DNA from: Clostridiales bacterium
GTDB lineage: Bacteria > Bacillota > Clostridia > Oscillospirales > Oscillospiraceae
Assembly: GCA_012719035.1 (NCBI GenBank)
Contig: JAAYBD010000009.1
Coordinates: 246-64,245 of the forward strand
Direction: 5' to 3'
Length of the DNA stretch: 64,000 nt
The notes under the pieces were generated by a model. The model saw only the letters and a program-made list of their open reading frames with translations. It ran no database searches and was not told the DNA's origin. Below, in pieces: positions 9,053 through 17,525 of the stretch; the stretch's first letter is position 1, and each line of letters opens with the position of its first letter. The translations under genes and the position numbers were made by a program.

Positions 9053-9967
9053 TCACTCCTTCCCATGAAAAAAGCCCCCTGACATATCGTGTCGTACTTT
9101 GGAATCGTAGTAACAACCGATAGTTAGAGGGGCATTGTAAATTGCGGCAAGTAGGTATTGCCGCATATTACGGACATTTGTTGTGTTTTCCTTCAGGCAA
9201 TCAAGAACAAAACTGATATGCTCTGAATTCAACTTCATAAACCGACTTTTTACTACCTCTGCTGGCTTATCATCGCTTGCAATGCGTATCATCTTGCGAT
9301 TGGTACACACGGTATCGACAATCAGCTCAAGAATTTCCTCCAGTATATCAATATCATAAGGATGCCTTGTTTTGAGAATTTCATACTCAAGCTGCTCCAC
9401 AAAATACAAGCGATATTGCTCTCTCACAGTCATCCCTTCGATTTCCCTTCCCTGAAAATCGGAAGAAAGGAAAGGATCAGTATCACTATAATCAGTATAA
9501 ATAGTATCAGTATTATTACCTTGTGCTTTCGACAATTCCAGAGTTGTGTTTTTGACAGTTCCAGAATTGTCATTTTGACAATTCAAGAATTGTCCTTCCA
9601 CATGGTTATCCACCGAGTTATCCACAAAGTTTTTTACATAGATCAGATTGGGTTTTCCAAGACCTTGCCTTTTGCGTTCAATTAGACCGCATTTTCGCTC
9701 CAATTCATCCAGAAGTTTTACCGCTTTCTTCTCAGCACATCCAATGGAGCCTTTTATTTCATCAATCGTAAATATGATGTAGACTCGGCCTGCTTCATCC
9801 ATCCAGCCGTTTTTAGCTGACAGATTCATGCGGTCAAGTAAGATGCCATACAGCAGCTTAGCGTCAGTCGAAATATTCCAGAAACGTTCGTCAGTAAAGA
9901 GAACCTTTGGCACTCGGTAAAACGAGAACATTTCTGCCTGCTGACCGTAGAAATAATCAAAGCCCAC
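9053..9967 (-). CDS. Replication initiator protein A (RepA_N N-terminal domain, DUF6017-like C-terminus)
   Basis: FYRVPKVLFTDERFWNISTDAKLLYGILLDRMNLSAKNGWMDEAGRVYIIFTIDEI is the RepA_N signature of Firmicute ICEs and plasmids. Confidence 0.8.
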   Translation of the reverse strand: MGFDYFYGQQAEMFSFYRVPKVLFTDERFWNISTDAKLLYGILLDRMNLSAKNGWMDEAGRVYIIFTIDEIKGSIGCAEKKAVKLLDELERKCGLIERKRQGLGKPNLIYVKNFVDNSVDNHVEGQFLNCQNDNSGTVKNTTLELSKAQGNNTDTIYTDYSDTDPFLSSDFQGREIEGMTVREQYRLYFVEQLEYEILKTRHPYDIDILEEILELIVDTVCTNRKMIRIASDDKPAEVVKSRFMKLNSEHISFVLDCLKENTTNVRNMRQYLLAAIYNAPLTIGCYYDSKVRHDMSGGFFHGKE

Positions 9968-10202
9968 TCAATCTCACCACCTCTCCAGTTGGGAATGGAT
10001 TTTCTTTTAAGGGAACACCTCGAATCGTACTCCCTGATTTGTGGTAGTGACATTGCGGATAGTAGCATGAACGATATTTCCATGAAGGCTGATGAAATTC
10101 ACACTCCCGGCATGAACGAGGAGACACCCGCTTACTGGAGCGAAAGCCAGGAACTTTCCGCATTGTTTTGTCAATGCGATCAAATTCTTTATTCTCAGTC
10201 AT
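9957..10202 (-). CDS. Hypothetical 81-aa Cys/His-rich protein (ICE)
   Basis: ATG at 10202 lies 2 nt after the upstream stop (TGA-T-ATG). Sequence MTENKEFDRIDKTMRK...CRECEFHQPSWKYRSCYYPQCHYHK. The 3' end overlaps the rep start. I recognise no family. Confidence 0.4.
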   Translation of the reverse strand: MTENKEFDRIDKTMRKVPGFRSSKRVSPRSCRECEFHQPSWKYRSCYYPQCHYHKSGSTIRGVPLKENPFPTGEVVRLSGL

Positions 10203-10203
10203 A

Positions 10204-10443
10204 TCAGTGGATGCCGAGTTCTCGCATAATCTTTTTAGTACACCAGCCAATGCATGGATGATCTCGTCCATAAGGACATCCATCACATTCAGTCTTGACC
10301 TTTTTAGGTACACTAATCAGGTAATAGCAATTCTCTTTGCCCAGACTACAGCCCTTTCTCGTACCTTTCCAAAAATAGCATTTACTGCAGTCGCTTGGCT
10401 TGTCTGCGGCATAAGTTACCTCCTGCACATCCTCACCTCCCAT
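10204..10443 (-). CDS. Cysteine-rich VLP domain protein (ICE)
   Basis: 79 aa with CSKCYFW...CSLGKENCYYL...CDGCPYGRDHPCIGWC, the spacing typical of Cys_rich_VLP proteins in this ICE family. Confidence 0.6.
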   Translation of the reverse strand: MGGEDVQEVTYAADKPSDCSKCYFWKGTRKGCSLGKENCYYLISVPKKVKTECDGCPYGRDHPCIGWCTKKIMRELGIH

Positions 10444-10578
10444 CGTTTGTATTTTCCTGATAACTCAGGAATAAAAAAAGAGCGCCTATCCAGCCCCGGA
10501 GTAGGGGCGAATAAACGCTCTACGTAATCTGTATTCAGTTGTTCGGCGCATCTCTCTGAAAGAGATACGCCATGATTT

Positions 10579-10803
10579 TTATGCCATCCTCACCCTTAAT
10601 CCTGAAATGGAAGAAGTGGGGATACCAACGAGATACCAGCCTTTGTCGCCCCAGTCATACTCAATCCGGGTAGGCTTCCAACGGTTACCTACGAATACAT
10701 CCATACAAGTTCCGCAATGGAGACCACCGTAGTATTCTTCCAAACCAAACCGCACATCCATGCGCTCTGATTCAGTATCATAAATCAATACACCTTGCTT
10801 CAT
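10579..10803 (-). CDS. DUF5348 domain protein (ICE)
   Basis: MKQGVLIYDTESERMDVRFGLEEYYGGLHCGTCMDVFVGNRWKPTRIEY. I chose the internal ATG at 10803 because AGGAGG lies 8 nt upstream; the ORF track starts at 10875. Confidence 0.65.
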   Translation of the reverse strand: MKQGVLIYDTESERMDVRFGLEEYYGGLHCGTCMDVFVGNRWKPTRIEYDWGDKGWYLVGIPTSSISGLRVRMA

Positions 10804-10985
10804 AAATCCAGACCTCCTATCATTTGGATCATAGCCATGTTGCCGGACTTTTATACAGTCAACCAGCAGATGCAAACTACTTCTTCCTACATGTTTCTCA
10901 ATGGGTTTTGGTCTGAATTCTTTTGGACAAAATCAGCGAAAAACCCCGTGTTTTCAAGGCCTCCAACCTTTTGTCCTATTATAAC

Positions 10986-11024
10986 TCAATAGTCTATTCG
11001 ACGTACTATTCCTGTTGCTTTCAT
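10986..11024 (-). pseudogene. spoVT: 12-codon remnant of a SpoVT/AbrB-family gene start (MKATGIVRRIDY*)
   Basis: GGGAGG RBS, then ATG AAA GCA ACA GGA ATA GTA CGT CGA ATA GAC TAT TGA. The first 11 residues equal the B. subtilis SpoVT N-terminus MKATGIVRRID as I recall it. The conserved DLGRVVIPKEIRR continuation is absent. Confidence 0.55.
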
Positions 11025-11477
11025 AAAAACCTCCCATGCGACTGATGCGCAAAATTTGATGTTTTCCGGCGGTTTAGAAGCTTTCACTTATTTGTCTCAT
11101 CTGAATTGGGGGAAGACAGAGTATAAACCATATGAGTGAAAGAGACGCCGATAAATTTAAAATAGAGTTTTGAACAAATTCTCAGCAAGCCTATTGTTTG
11201 TAAAATGCTGGCGCATTATTCTCTTTTTCTACAAAATATGTTTTAAGCACGAAAGGAGGCAGACGGGCAGATACAGAAATTTATTTAAAAATAAAGGGTG
11301 CTTTGCTTGTTTGTTTTCTGGAAAACGGTAAGAAAAAATCATATAAATCGAATGGATTCAACAAAACGAATACAAAATCTGCAGATTATGAAAATGTCCG
11401 ATATTTATTGCGCTAAATAAGATATTATGATAACATATCACTTTAGATTAGCGTGTTTCCAAAAACTGTGAGCCTTT

Positions 11478-14400
11478 ATGAGCCGCAGTTTAATTCTCCA
11501 AGGGAGGGATTTTTTGGAGAGCGTGTACAGAAAAAACGGAAAGAGACTTACGGCAGTCATTTTAGTTATTGTCTGCCTTTTATCTGTTGCCGCCGGTTGC
11601 ACTCAGAAACATCCGTCATATATACCAGAGGCAAGCCGGCAAGGATACGGAATATCCGCAGCTGTTCTTTATAACGGAAAATCAAATGACGGGGCATGGA
11701 ACGATACACTTGATTATCTTGAGCAGTCAACTATTATCAATCTCACCGCCTGCGCTTTGGATATATCCGAGGCTTATGACCTGAGTAACTACAGCGTTTT
11801 ATATCTTGATAAAAGCATTATTGAAGCGGACGATTTGGCGGATATTTGCGCGTCTGTTGAGAGCTTTACGGAAAACGGCGGTTCAGTTTTTCTTGATAAT
11901 GCATTTTATGACGTATTCGACAAAGAATTCATAGGCGTTAGTAAATTTGTCAAAGTAACAGAATGTCCCGCTGATGTTTCTTTGCCCGAAGCGGGCGAAG
12001 ATATCCGGGAACTGCAGGAGATCATTGCGGATTTTATAAGTCTGTATACGTCTTATGCCGATTATTCAGCGCTGGCGGATTATGATTACGGTTATGCTGC
12101 TGTATGCGATACCGCTGTACCGGTAGTTACGTGGAAAGACCACGCAATTTATACTCTGAACAAATACGGCAAGGGAAATGTCTTTTTTACAAATCCCCTG
12201 CTGCCCAATGTCTTTTCGCTCAGCGGATTTTCAATGCAATACAGAAATGAGACTCAGAAAGCTTTTTCAAATACAACAGCCGGCTGCAATCAGCTGTTGT
12301 TAAACGCTTTTGCGGGGTATGTCTCAAAGCAGACCTACGGATATTATATCGGACGGGTCTTCGGAAGCTTCGGCAGCACAGATATGGCGTGGGAGCTTCA
12401 TTATGAGGAGATAAACGGCATCAAGAACAACTCGCTGAAGATTTTCAGCGAACTGTGCAGGGAATATCTTCAGGTTCCGTCATTTTCGCTCATACGCAAT
12501 TCATATTGGTGGTTCAGGCGCGCTGAAACCATCTCATACTATCTCAATAACAGCGATGACGGGAAGCTCGATTTTTCACTTGATTTTAACGAAAATGCCT
12601 ATTCATCGGGAACGCATATAGTAAGCGGCAATGAATGGCTGAATCTTGGAAGCATAGAAAATGCCGGAAGTTATTTTGCTGACTATCCGCAGTACACATA
12701 TAGGGCATATCCGGAGCTGTGTGATTATGATTCCGACGGATTAACTGATATATTCTGCGGAAGTGCTGACGGCAAATTGTACTATTATAAAGGCAAGAGC
12801 TTTGATGGACGGTTCTGCGTATCCGATGCGGCTGTTCTTACCGATGGGAGCGGAAAAGAACTTACTGTCCCGGGCTATTCTTCGCCGAATCTTATCGATA
12901 TTAACTGCGACGGCTATCCCGATATCATTTCCGGAAGCTCTGACGGCAGCATATACTGGTTTTCGGGAAACGGAACTTTGGCATTTGAACCGCAGGGTGT
13001 GCTGATAGACACAGATATTTTAGGGCAGAGTCTGCCGTCCGCCGGCGATATAAATAATGACGGTATAGCCGATATCGCGGTCGGCTCGAACGAGGGCATA
13101 CTCATCATATATTACGGAACAAAAAACTCTGACGGCAGTGTTTTCTATAGTGACAGCAACATGGGCAGCCTGTCTCTTGAATGCGCAAATGCCGGTCTTG
13201 GGACATGGCTTGCACCTGAGATTTCGGATTACAGCAAAGACGGCAGGAACGAGCTTTTAATCGGAACTTTTGACGGATATGTTGCGCTTTTCTCGTGGAT
13301 GAGTTCAGGCTCGCTCGAATTTGGCGGCTTTATTACTACAGGCGAAAAAAATTATAAGGGCAATAACAATATTAAAACCGGCAATAACTGCGTGCCCGTT
13401 CTTTACGATATAAATTCTGATGGTTCGCTCGATCTTGTCTGCGGCAGCCTTGAATACGGGCTTGCTTATCCGATAGATTCGGAATACTTCCCCTATGCCG
13501 ATGAACTGCGGGAGCAGATGGATTATGCGGCTGAGCATTATTATTACATGGGTGCTCATTTTTACACCAATTCATATTCATCCGAGGAAAGAGAAGCATA
13601 TGAGCTGAAAGCTCAAATGGATTCCTTTAAGAAGTATGGTTTGGAGACTTCCGGAATAGGCGTTAATCAGCACACATGGTATACAAGCACTCTCAGCCCT
13701 GCCCAGTCACTTCTGAGCGCCTATGATGCGGGGCTATTGTGGAACTCAGGCTTTGCTCCTGCCAGAAGCGCTTTCAATGCGCCGCAGGTTGCAGCCGAAA
13801 ATGTAATCTCGCTCCCGTTCTACCTTAAAAGCGGCGGAGAAAATACCATTTTGCTGCAAAACTGCTCCGTACTGCCGTATAAAGGCAGTGACTGGACTGA
13901 TATTTCAGCGAAATATGGCATTCCTGTCTGTGTATTCTATCACTGCGACTTTGTTTATAGATCGGATGAGGAAGCGATTCCCTATCTAAAACAACTGTCT
14001 GATTTCTGGTGGGAAAATGGCTATAATTTCGTAAAAGAAGATCAGATGATGACGGCAACGGCCGCTTCATACAATATGAACGTTACTGTAGAGGGGGTCA
14101 ATTTTGCAGTCGATTCCCCGATTGATATTTTAGTAAAGGCAAATGAAATTTCCAGCGATTTTCCGCTTTATAATAAGCTGTATCAGAATTCAGCCGGTGC
14201 AAAAATCGTTTTCAGCGAGAATATAGATGCCCGAAATATTGCGACGGATGCCGATGTATGGAAACTTGAAGGGAATACTCTTTATATCTCTTTAAACAAG
14301 CCTGTTTCCGTTAAAGATACCTTGGCAGAAGCAGAAAACAACATTCACATAGAACGGGTAAATATTGCGGCTGACATCAAAACAAATCCAGACGGCGCTG

Positions 14401-14555
14401 TGATAAGCTTTCTCGATAATGGAATGATGCAGGCGGTGGTTTCAGGACGTGCCGAAACTGCATCTGAAGGCTGGACCGTAAGTGAACGTGACGGGAAAAC
14501 AATATTTACAAAATACGGAGCTGCCGATGTACTGGATATTTCTTACAGCTCATGA
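11478..14555 (+). CDS. Large secreted lipoprotein with five FG-GAP/VCBS-type repeats
   Basis: Lipobox LSVAAG|C. Five DxD/NxDGxxD repeats: DYDSDGLTD, DINCDGYPD, DINNDGIAD, DYSKDGRNE, DINSDGSLD (nt about 12720-13460). A more likely start is TTG at 11514, 6 nt after GGGAGG, giving MESVYRKNGKRLTAVILVIVCLLSVAAGC. Confidence 0.75.
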   Translation: MSRSLILQGRDFLESVYRKNGKRLTAVILVIVCLLSVAAGCTQKHPSYIPEASRQGYGISAAVLYNGKSNDGAWNDTLDYLEQSTIINLTACALDISEAYDLSNYSVLYLDKSIIEADDLADICASVESFTENGGSVFLDNAFYDVFDKEFIGVSKFVKVTECPADVSLPEAGEDIRELQEIIADFISLYTSYADYSALADYDYGYAAVCDTAVPVVTWKDHAIYTLNKYGKGNVFFTNPLLPNVFSLSGFSMQYRNETQKAFSNTTAGCNQLLLNAFAGYVSKQTYGYYIGRVFGSFGSTDMAWELHYEEINGIKNNSLKIFSELCREYLQVPSFSLIRNSYWWFRRAETISYYLNNSDDGKLDFSLDFNENAYSSGTHIVSGNEWLNLGSIENAGSYFADYPQYTYRAYPELCDYDSDGLTDIFCGSADGKLYYYKGKSFDGRFCVSDAAVLTDGSGKELTVPGYSSPNLIDINCDGYPDIISGSSDGSIYWFSGNGTLAFEPQGVLIDTDILGQSLPSAGDINNDGIADIAVGSNEGILIIYYGTKNSDGSVFYSDSNMGSLSLECANAGLGTWLAPEISDYSKDGRNELLIGTFDGYVALFSWMSSGSLEFGGFITTGEKNYKGNNNIKTGNNCVPVLYDINSDGSLDLVCGSLEYGLAYPIDSEYFPYADELREQMDYAAEHYYYMGAHFYTNSYSSEEREAYELKAQMDSFKKYGLETSGIGVNQHTWYTSTLSPAQSLLSAYDAGLLWNSGFAPARSAFNAPQVAAENVISLPFYLKSGGENTILLQNCSVLPYKGSDWTDISAKYGIPVCVFYHCDFVYRSDEEAIPYLKQLSDFWWENGYNFVKEDQMMTATAASYNMNVTVEGVNFAVDSPIDILVKANEISSDFPLYNKLYQNSAGAKIVFSENIDARNIATDADVWKLEGNTLYISLNKPVSVKDTLAEAENNIHIERVNIAADIKTNPDGAVISFLDNGMMQAVVSGRAETASEGWTVSERDGKTIFTKYGAADVLDISYSS

Positions 14556-14572
14556 CAGGAGGTCCTTGAAAA

Positions 14573-16081
14573 ATGAACTCTGCCGTTTGTCTGCTTGAGC
14601 GGGCTTCGGAAAAATATGCATCAAGAACTGCCGTGCAGGATGAAGATATTAGCCTTACTTATGCGGAATATAGACGTATATCCAGAGCCATCGGCACAGC
14701 ATTCCTGCGTATGGACGGAGCCAGACCTGTAATTGTGTATCTGCCAAAGAGCACACATGCGCTTACCTGCTTCATGGGTGCCATGTACAGCGGAGCGCCA
14801 TACATTCCCGTTGATGCGCACATACCGATGCGAAGACTTGAAAAAATAATAGCAGGCCTTGCACCATGCTATATCGTGACAGATGAAAATTTAATAGCAA
14901 ACCTGCGGGAATGTGATACCTCGGAGGCGAGGGTGTGCTTATACAGCGAGCTGTCATCGGCAGAGGCAGACGATGCGCTGGTTGACAAAGCTCTCAGCCG
15001 CGTTATCGACACCGACCCGATATATGTAATGTTTACTTCCGGTTCTACAGGTTCGCCAAAGGGCGTGACTATACCCCACCGCGGAATTCTGGACTATGCA
15101 GAATGGGTTGTTTCCACCTTTGAGTTTAATGAAAATACAGTTATGGCAAACCAAGCGCCGTTTTATTTTGATAATTCGACCTTTGATATCTACGGCTGTA
15201 TGCGGTGCGGCGGAAAGCTTGTGCTCACGCCTGAAACGCTCTTCATGTTTCCCCTCAAATTGCCCCAGTTTCTTGATGAGCATGATATAACTTCGATATT
15301 CTGGGTGCCGACAGTAATGATAAATATTGCAAATTCCGGTGTTTTGTCGGACTACACTCTGCCGAAGCTGAAAAATGTCGCTTTCTGCGGGGAGGTTATG
15401 CCTAACAAGCAGCTGAATATTTGGAGGAAGGCGCTGCCCCATTGCAGTTATGCCAATCTATATGGGCCGACTGAAATCACAGATGTGTGCTGCTATTATA
15501 AGGTAGATAAGGAATTTGGAGATGCCGACCCGCTGCCGATAGGAAAAGCGTGTGAAAACATGCGGGTTCTTATCCTTACGGAAGACGGGCGCGAAGCTCC
15601 AGTCAATGAAGCGGGAGAGCTCTGCGTTATCGGTACGGGAGTAGCTCTTGGATACTGGAATGCTCCGGAGATTTCCGCAAAAGCTTTTGTTCAAAATCCT
15701 CTCAATCCTTTTTACAGCGAAAGAATGTACCGTACCGGTGATCTTGCATATTTCAATGAAGACGGTCTTATCATGTTCATCGGAAGAAAAGACAATCAGA
15801 TAAAACATAAGGGAAACAGAATCGAATTGGGTGAAATCGAAACGGCGGCAATGTGTGTTGAGGGAGTTGAAAACGCCTGTGCGATTTTTGACTCAAACAA
15901 GCAGGAAATAGTTCTGTTCGTTGAAACTAAAGGAACTCTGCCCCTGCGCAGATTCAATGTCGAACTAAAAAAGTACATTCCACAGTATATGCTGCCCTCT
16001 ATGCTTATACCGATGGAAAAACTGCCTCATACGGCAAATGATAAAATAGACAGGGTCACGCTGCGTAAGACCCTTGAATAA
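14573..16081 (+). CDS. dltA: DltA-like adenylation enzyme (D-alanine--D-alanyl carrier protein ligase family)
   Basis: 502 aa with AMP-binding motifs MFTSGSTGSPKGV, YGPTE, YRTGD and GRKDNQIKHKGNRIELGEIE. AGGAGG RBS. A carrier protein gene follows immediately. Substrate not verifiable from sequence. Confidence 0.8.
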   Translation: MNSAVCLLERASEKYASRTAVQDEDISLTYAEYRRISRAIGTAFLRMDGARPVIVYLPKSTHALTCFMGAMYSGAPYIPVDAHIPMRRLEKIIAGLAPCYIVTDENLIANLRECDTSEARVCLYSELSSAEADDALVDKALSRVIDTDPIYVMFTSGSTGSPKGVTIPHRGILDYAEWVVSTFEFNENTVMANQAPFYFDNSTFDIYGCMRCGGKLVLTPETLFMFPLKLPQFLDEHDITSIFWVPTVMINIANSGVLSDYTLPKLKNVAFCGEVMPNKQLNIWRKALPHCSYANLYGPTEITDVCCYYKVDKEFGDADPLPIGKACENMRVLILTEDGREAPVNEAGELCVIGTGVALGYWNAPEISAKAFVQNPLNPFYSERMYRTGDLAYFNEDGLIMFIGRKDNQIKHKGNRIELGEIETAAMCVEGVENACAIFDSNKQEIVLFVETKGTLPLRRFNVELKKYIPQYMLPSMLIPMEKLPHTANDKIDRVTLRKTLE

Positions 16082-16097
16082 TTGGCGGGAGATTATT

Positions 16098-16349
16098 ATG
16101 AAGCCTCAGGAAATAATTGAAATACTGGACAAGTTTATAAAGGAGCATTTCGAGCTGGATGGCGATCCGGATTATTCGACGGACGTAAATCTTTTTGACT
16201 ATGGTTTTGTGGATTCGCTTGGAGCGGTCGAAATCATCATGTTTGTCGAGGAGCGATTCGGCTGCTCGATTACACAGCGTGATATATCCAAATATCCCAT
16301 GAATTCCGTCGAGGAAATTGCCGAGGTAGTGGCTTCTAAGCTTCAATAG
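16098..16349 (+). CDS. dltC: DltC-like acyl/aminoacyl carrier protein
   Basis: 83 aa with phosphopantetheine site FVDSLGAVEIIMFVEE. ATG at 16098 chosen (GGGAG RBS). Confidence 0.8.
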   Translation: MKPQEIIEILDKFIKEHFELDGDPDYSTDVNLFDYGFVDSLGAVEIIMFVEERFGCSITQRDISKYPMNSVEEIAEVVASKLQ

Positions 16350-16366
16350 ACGAAAGGAGCCATTAT

Positions 16367-17515
16367 ATGTGGTTTCTCCAGACAGATATTTTGATACGGA
16401 TGCTGATTGCCTGCGTGATTGCCGCAACTGCGCTTGTAATCGCGCAAAAGTTTATGAAGCATTCCCATGTAATGAACGGTCTGATAATTCTGGATTTGCT
16501 TATGATACTTTATGTGTCAAAAAGACTGTTCGTGTTCTATATCGGGTACGTGCTTGTAACATACGCGTTTGTTCTGTTCATCAAGAAAAAGAGAAAATTC
16601 CGCAAGTTCTGGTTTGTGATGTGCTGCCTTGGCTGTACAGTGCCGTTTTTCTATACCAGAGCAACTGAGTTTTTCTCATTTCTGCCGTATGGACTTGCGA
16701 TGGTAGGTATCTCGTATAATATGCTAAAAGCAATAGATGCGATATACTATACTTACTATACTGATGAGCATATCCCGTTTCTCACATACGCGAATTATAT
16801 TCTGTTTTTTCCGGTCATCACTGCGGGGCCGATTTTCCGCTATCGTGACTTTAATAAAACTTTTCACAATCCCGAACCCCTTACGGCGGAAAAGGCGGAA
16901 TATTTTGTCAAGCGCTTTATCAGGGGAATGTTTAAAAAGGTCGTTGTTCTTGCCCTTGTCATAAATCTCATGAACTATCTGGTGACCATGAACGGGCATT
17001 GGTATCTGAGTATTTTAATTACGGTTCTCAGCTATTTGACCCTGTTTCTTGATATGTCGGGATATGCCGATATCGCGATTTCCATAGGCGGTATTATCGG
17101 TCTCAAAGTGCCGGAAAACTTTAAAGAGCCGCTCAAGGCACCGTCTTTTACTCAGTTCTGGCGCAACTGGCATATAACTCTCAGCGACTGGATCAGAGAG
17201 CATATATTCGTTGTTGTGAGCGGTAAGAAGCTAAACCGCATGCAAGGTGCGCTTATCGGCTTCCTCACTATGTTTTTTATGTGCTTATGGCACGGGTTTA
17301 CCATTGCGTACGTGATTGATGGCGTGATTTTAGGACTTGTACTTGCGTGTGAAAATCTTTTTGAAATAACTACGGTCAATAAGCGAAAAGTTAAAAAATC
17401 ATATTTTGTTTTCAGATGCTTTGTGACCAACACCATCTTTGCTCTCAACAGCCTGCTGCTTACATTGGGCGGTGCAGAAGCCGTCCGGGTAATAAAAGGC
17501 TTTTTGACATGGTAG
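16367..17515 (+). CDS. dltB: DltB-like MBOAT family membrane O-acyltransferase
   Basis: 382 aa, polytopic. FWRNWHITLSDWIREHIF and LWHG (conserved MBOAT His). Confidence 0.8.
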   Translation: MWFLQTDILIRMLIACVIAATALVIAQKFMKHSHVMNGLIILDLLMILYVSKRLFVFYIGYVLVTYAFVLFIKKKRKFRKFWFVMCCLGCTVPFFYTRATEFFSFLPYGLAMVGISYNMLKAIDAIYYTYYTDEHIPFLTYANYILFFPVITAGPIFRYRDFNKTFHNPEPLTAEKAEYFVKRFIRGMFKKVVVLALVINLMNYLVTMNGHWYLSILITVLSYLTLFLDMSGYADIAISIGGIIGLKVPENFKEPLKAPSFTQFWRNWHITLSDWIREHIFVVVSGKKLNRMQGALIGFLTMFFMCLWHGFTIAYVIDGVILGLVLACENLFEITTVNKRKVKKSYFVFRCFVTNTIFALNSLLLTLGGAEAVRVIKGFLTW

Positions 17516-17525
17516 GGAGGCATCA

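Larger units (their letters stand above)
1..10990 (-). mobile_element. Tn1549/CTn-family integrative conjugative element (right-hand part, decayed); left end lies outside the window
   Basis: Contiguous minus-strand run of family-typical genes: RepA_N, ParA, VirD4-like CD1115 type, Maff2, CD1112 VirB6-like, PrgI, CD1110 VirB4, CD1108 NlpC/P60, DUF4315, DUF4366. The right boundary is inferred from the truncated spoVT-like start at 10986-11024. Confidence 0.8.

Noticed and set aside
10444-10578. Imperfect palindrome GGCGCATCTCT-ctgaa-AGAGATACGCC between the DUF5348 and Cys-rich genes as a terminator or operator
   Set aside because: There is no convincing T-run in the transcription direction of the flanking minus-strand genes, and I could not assign a function.
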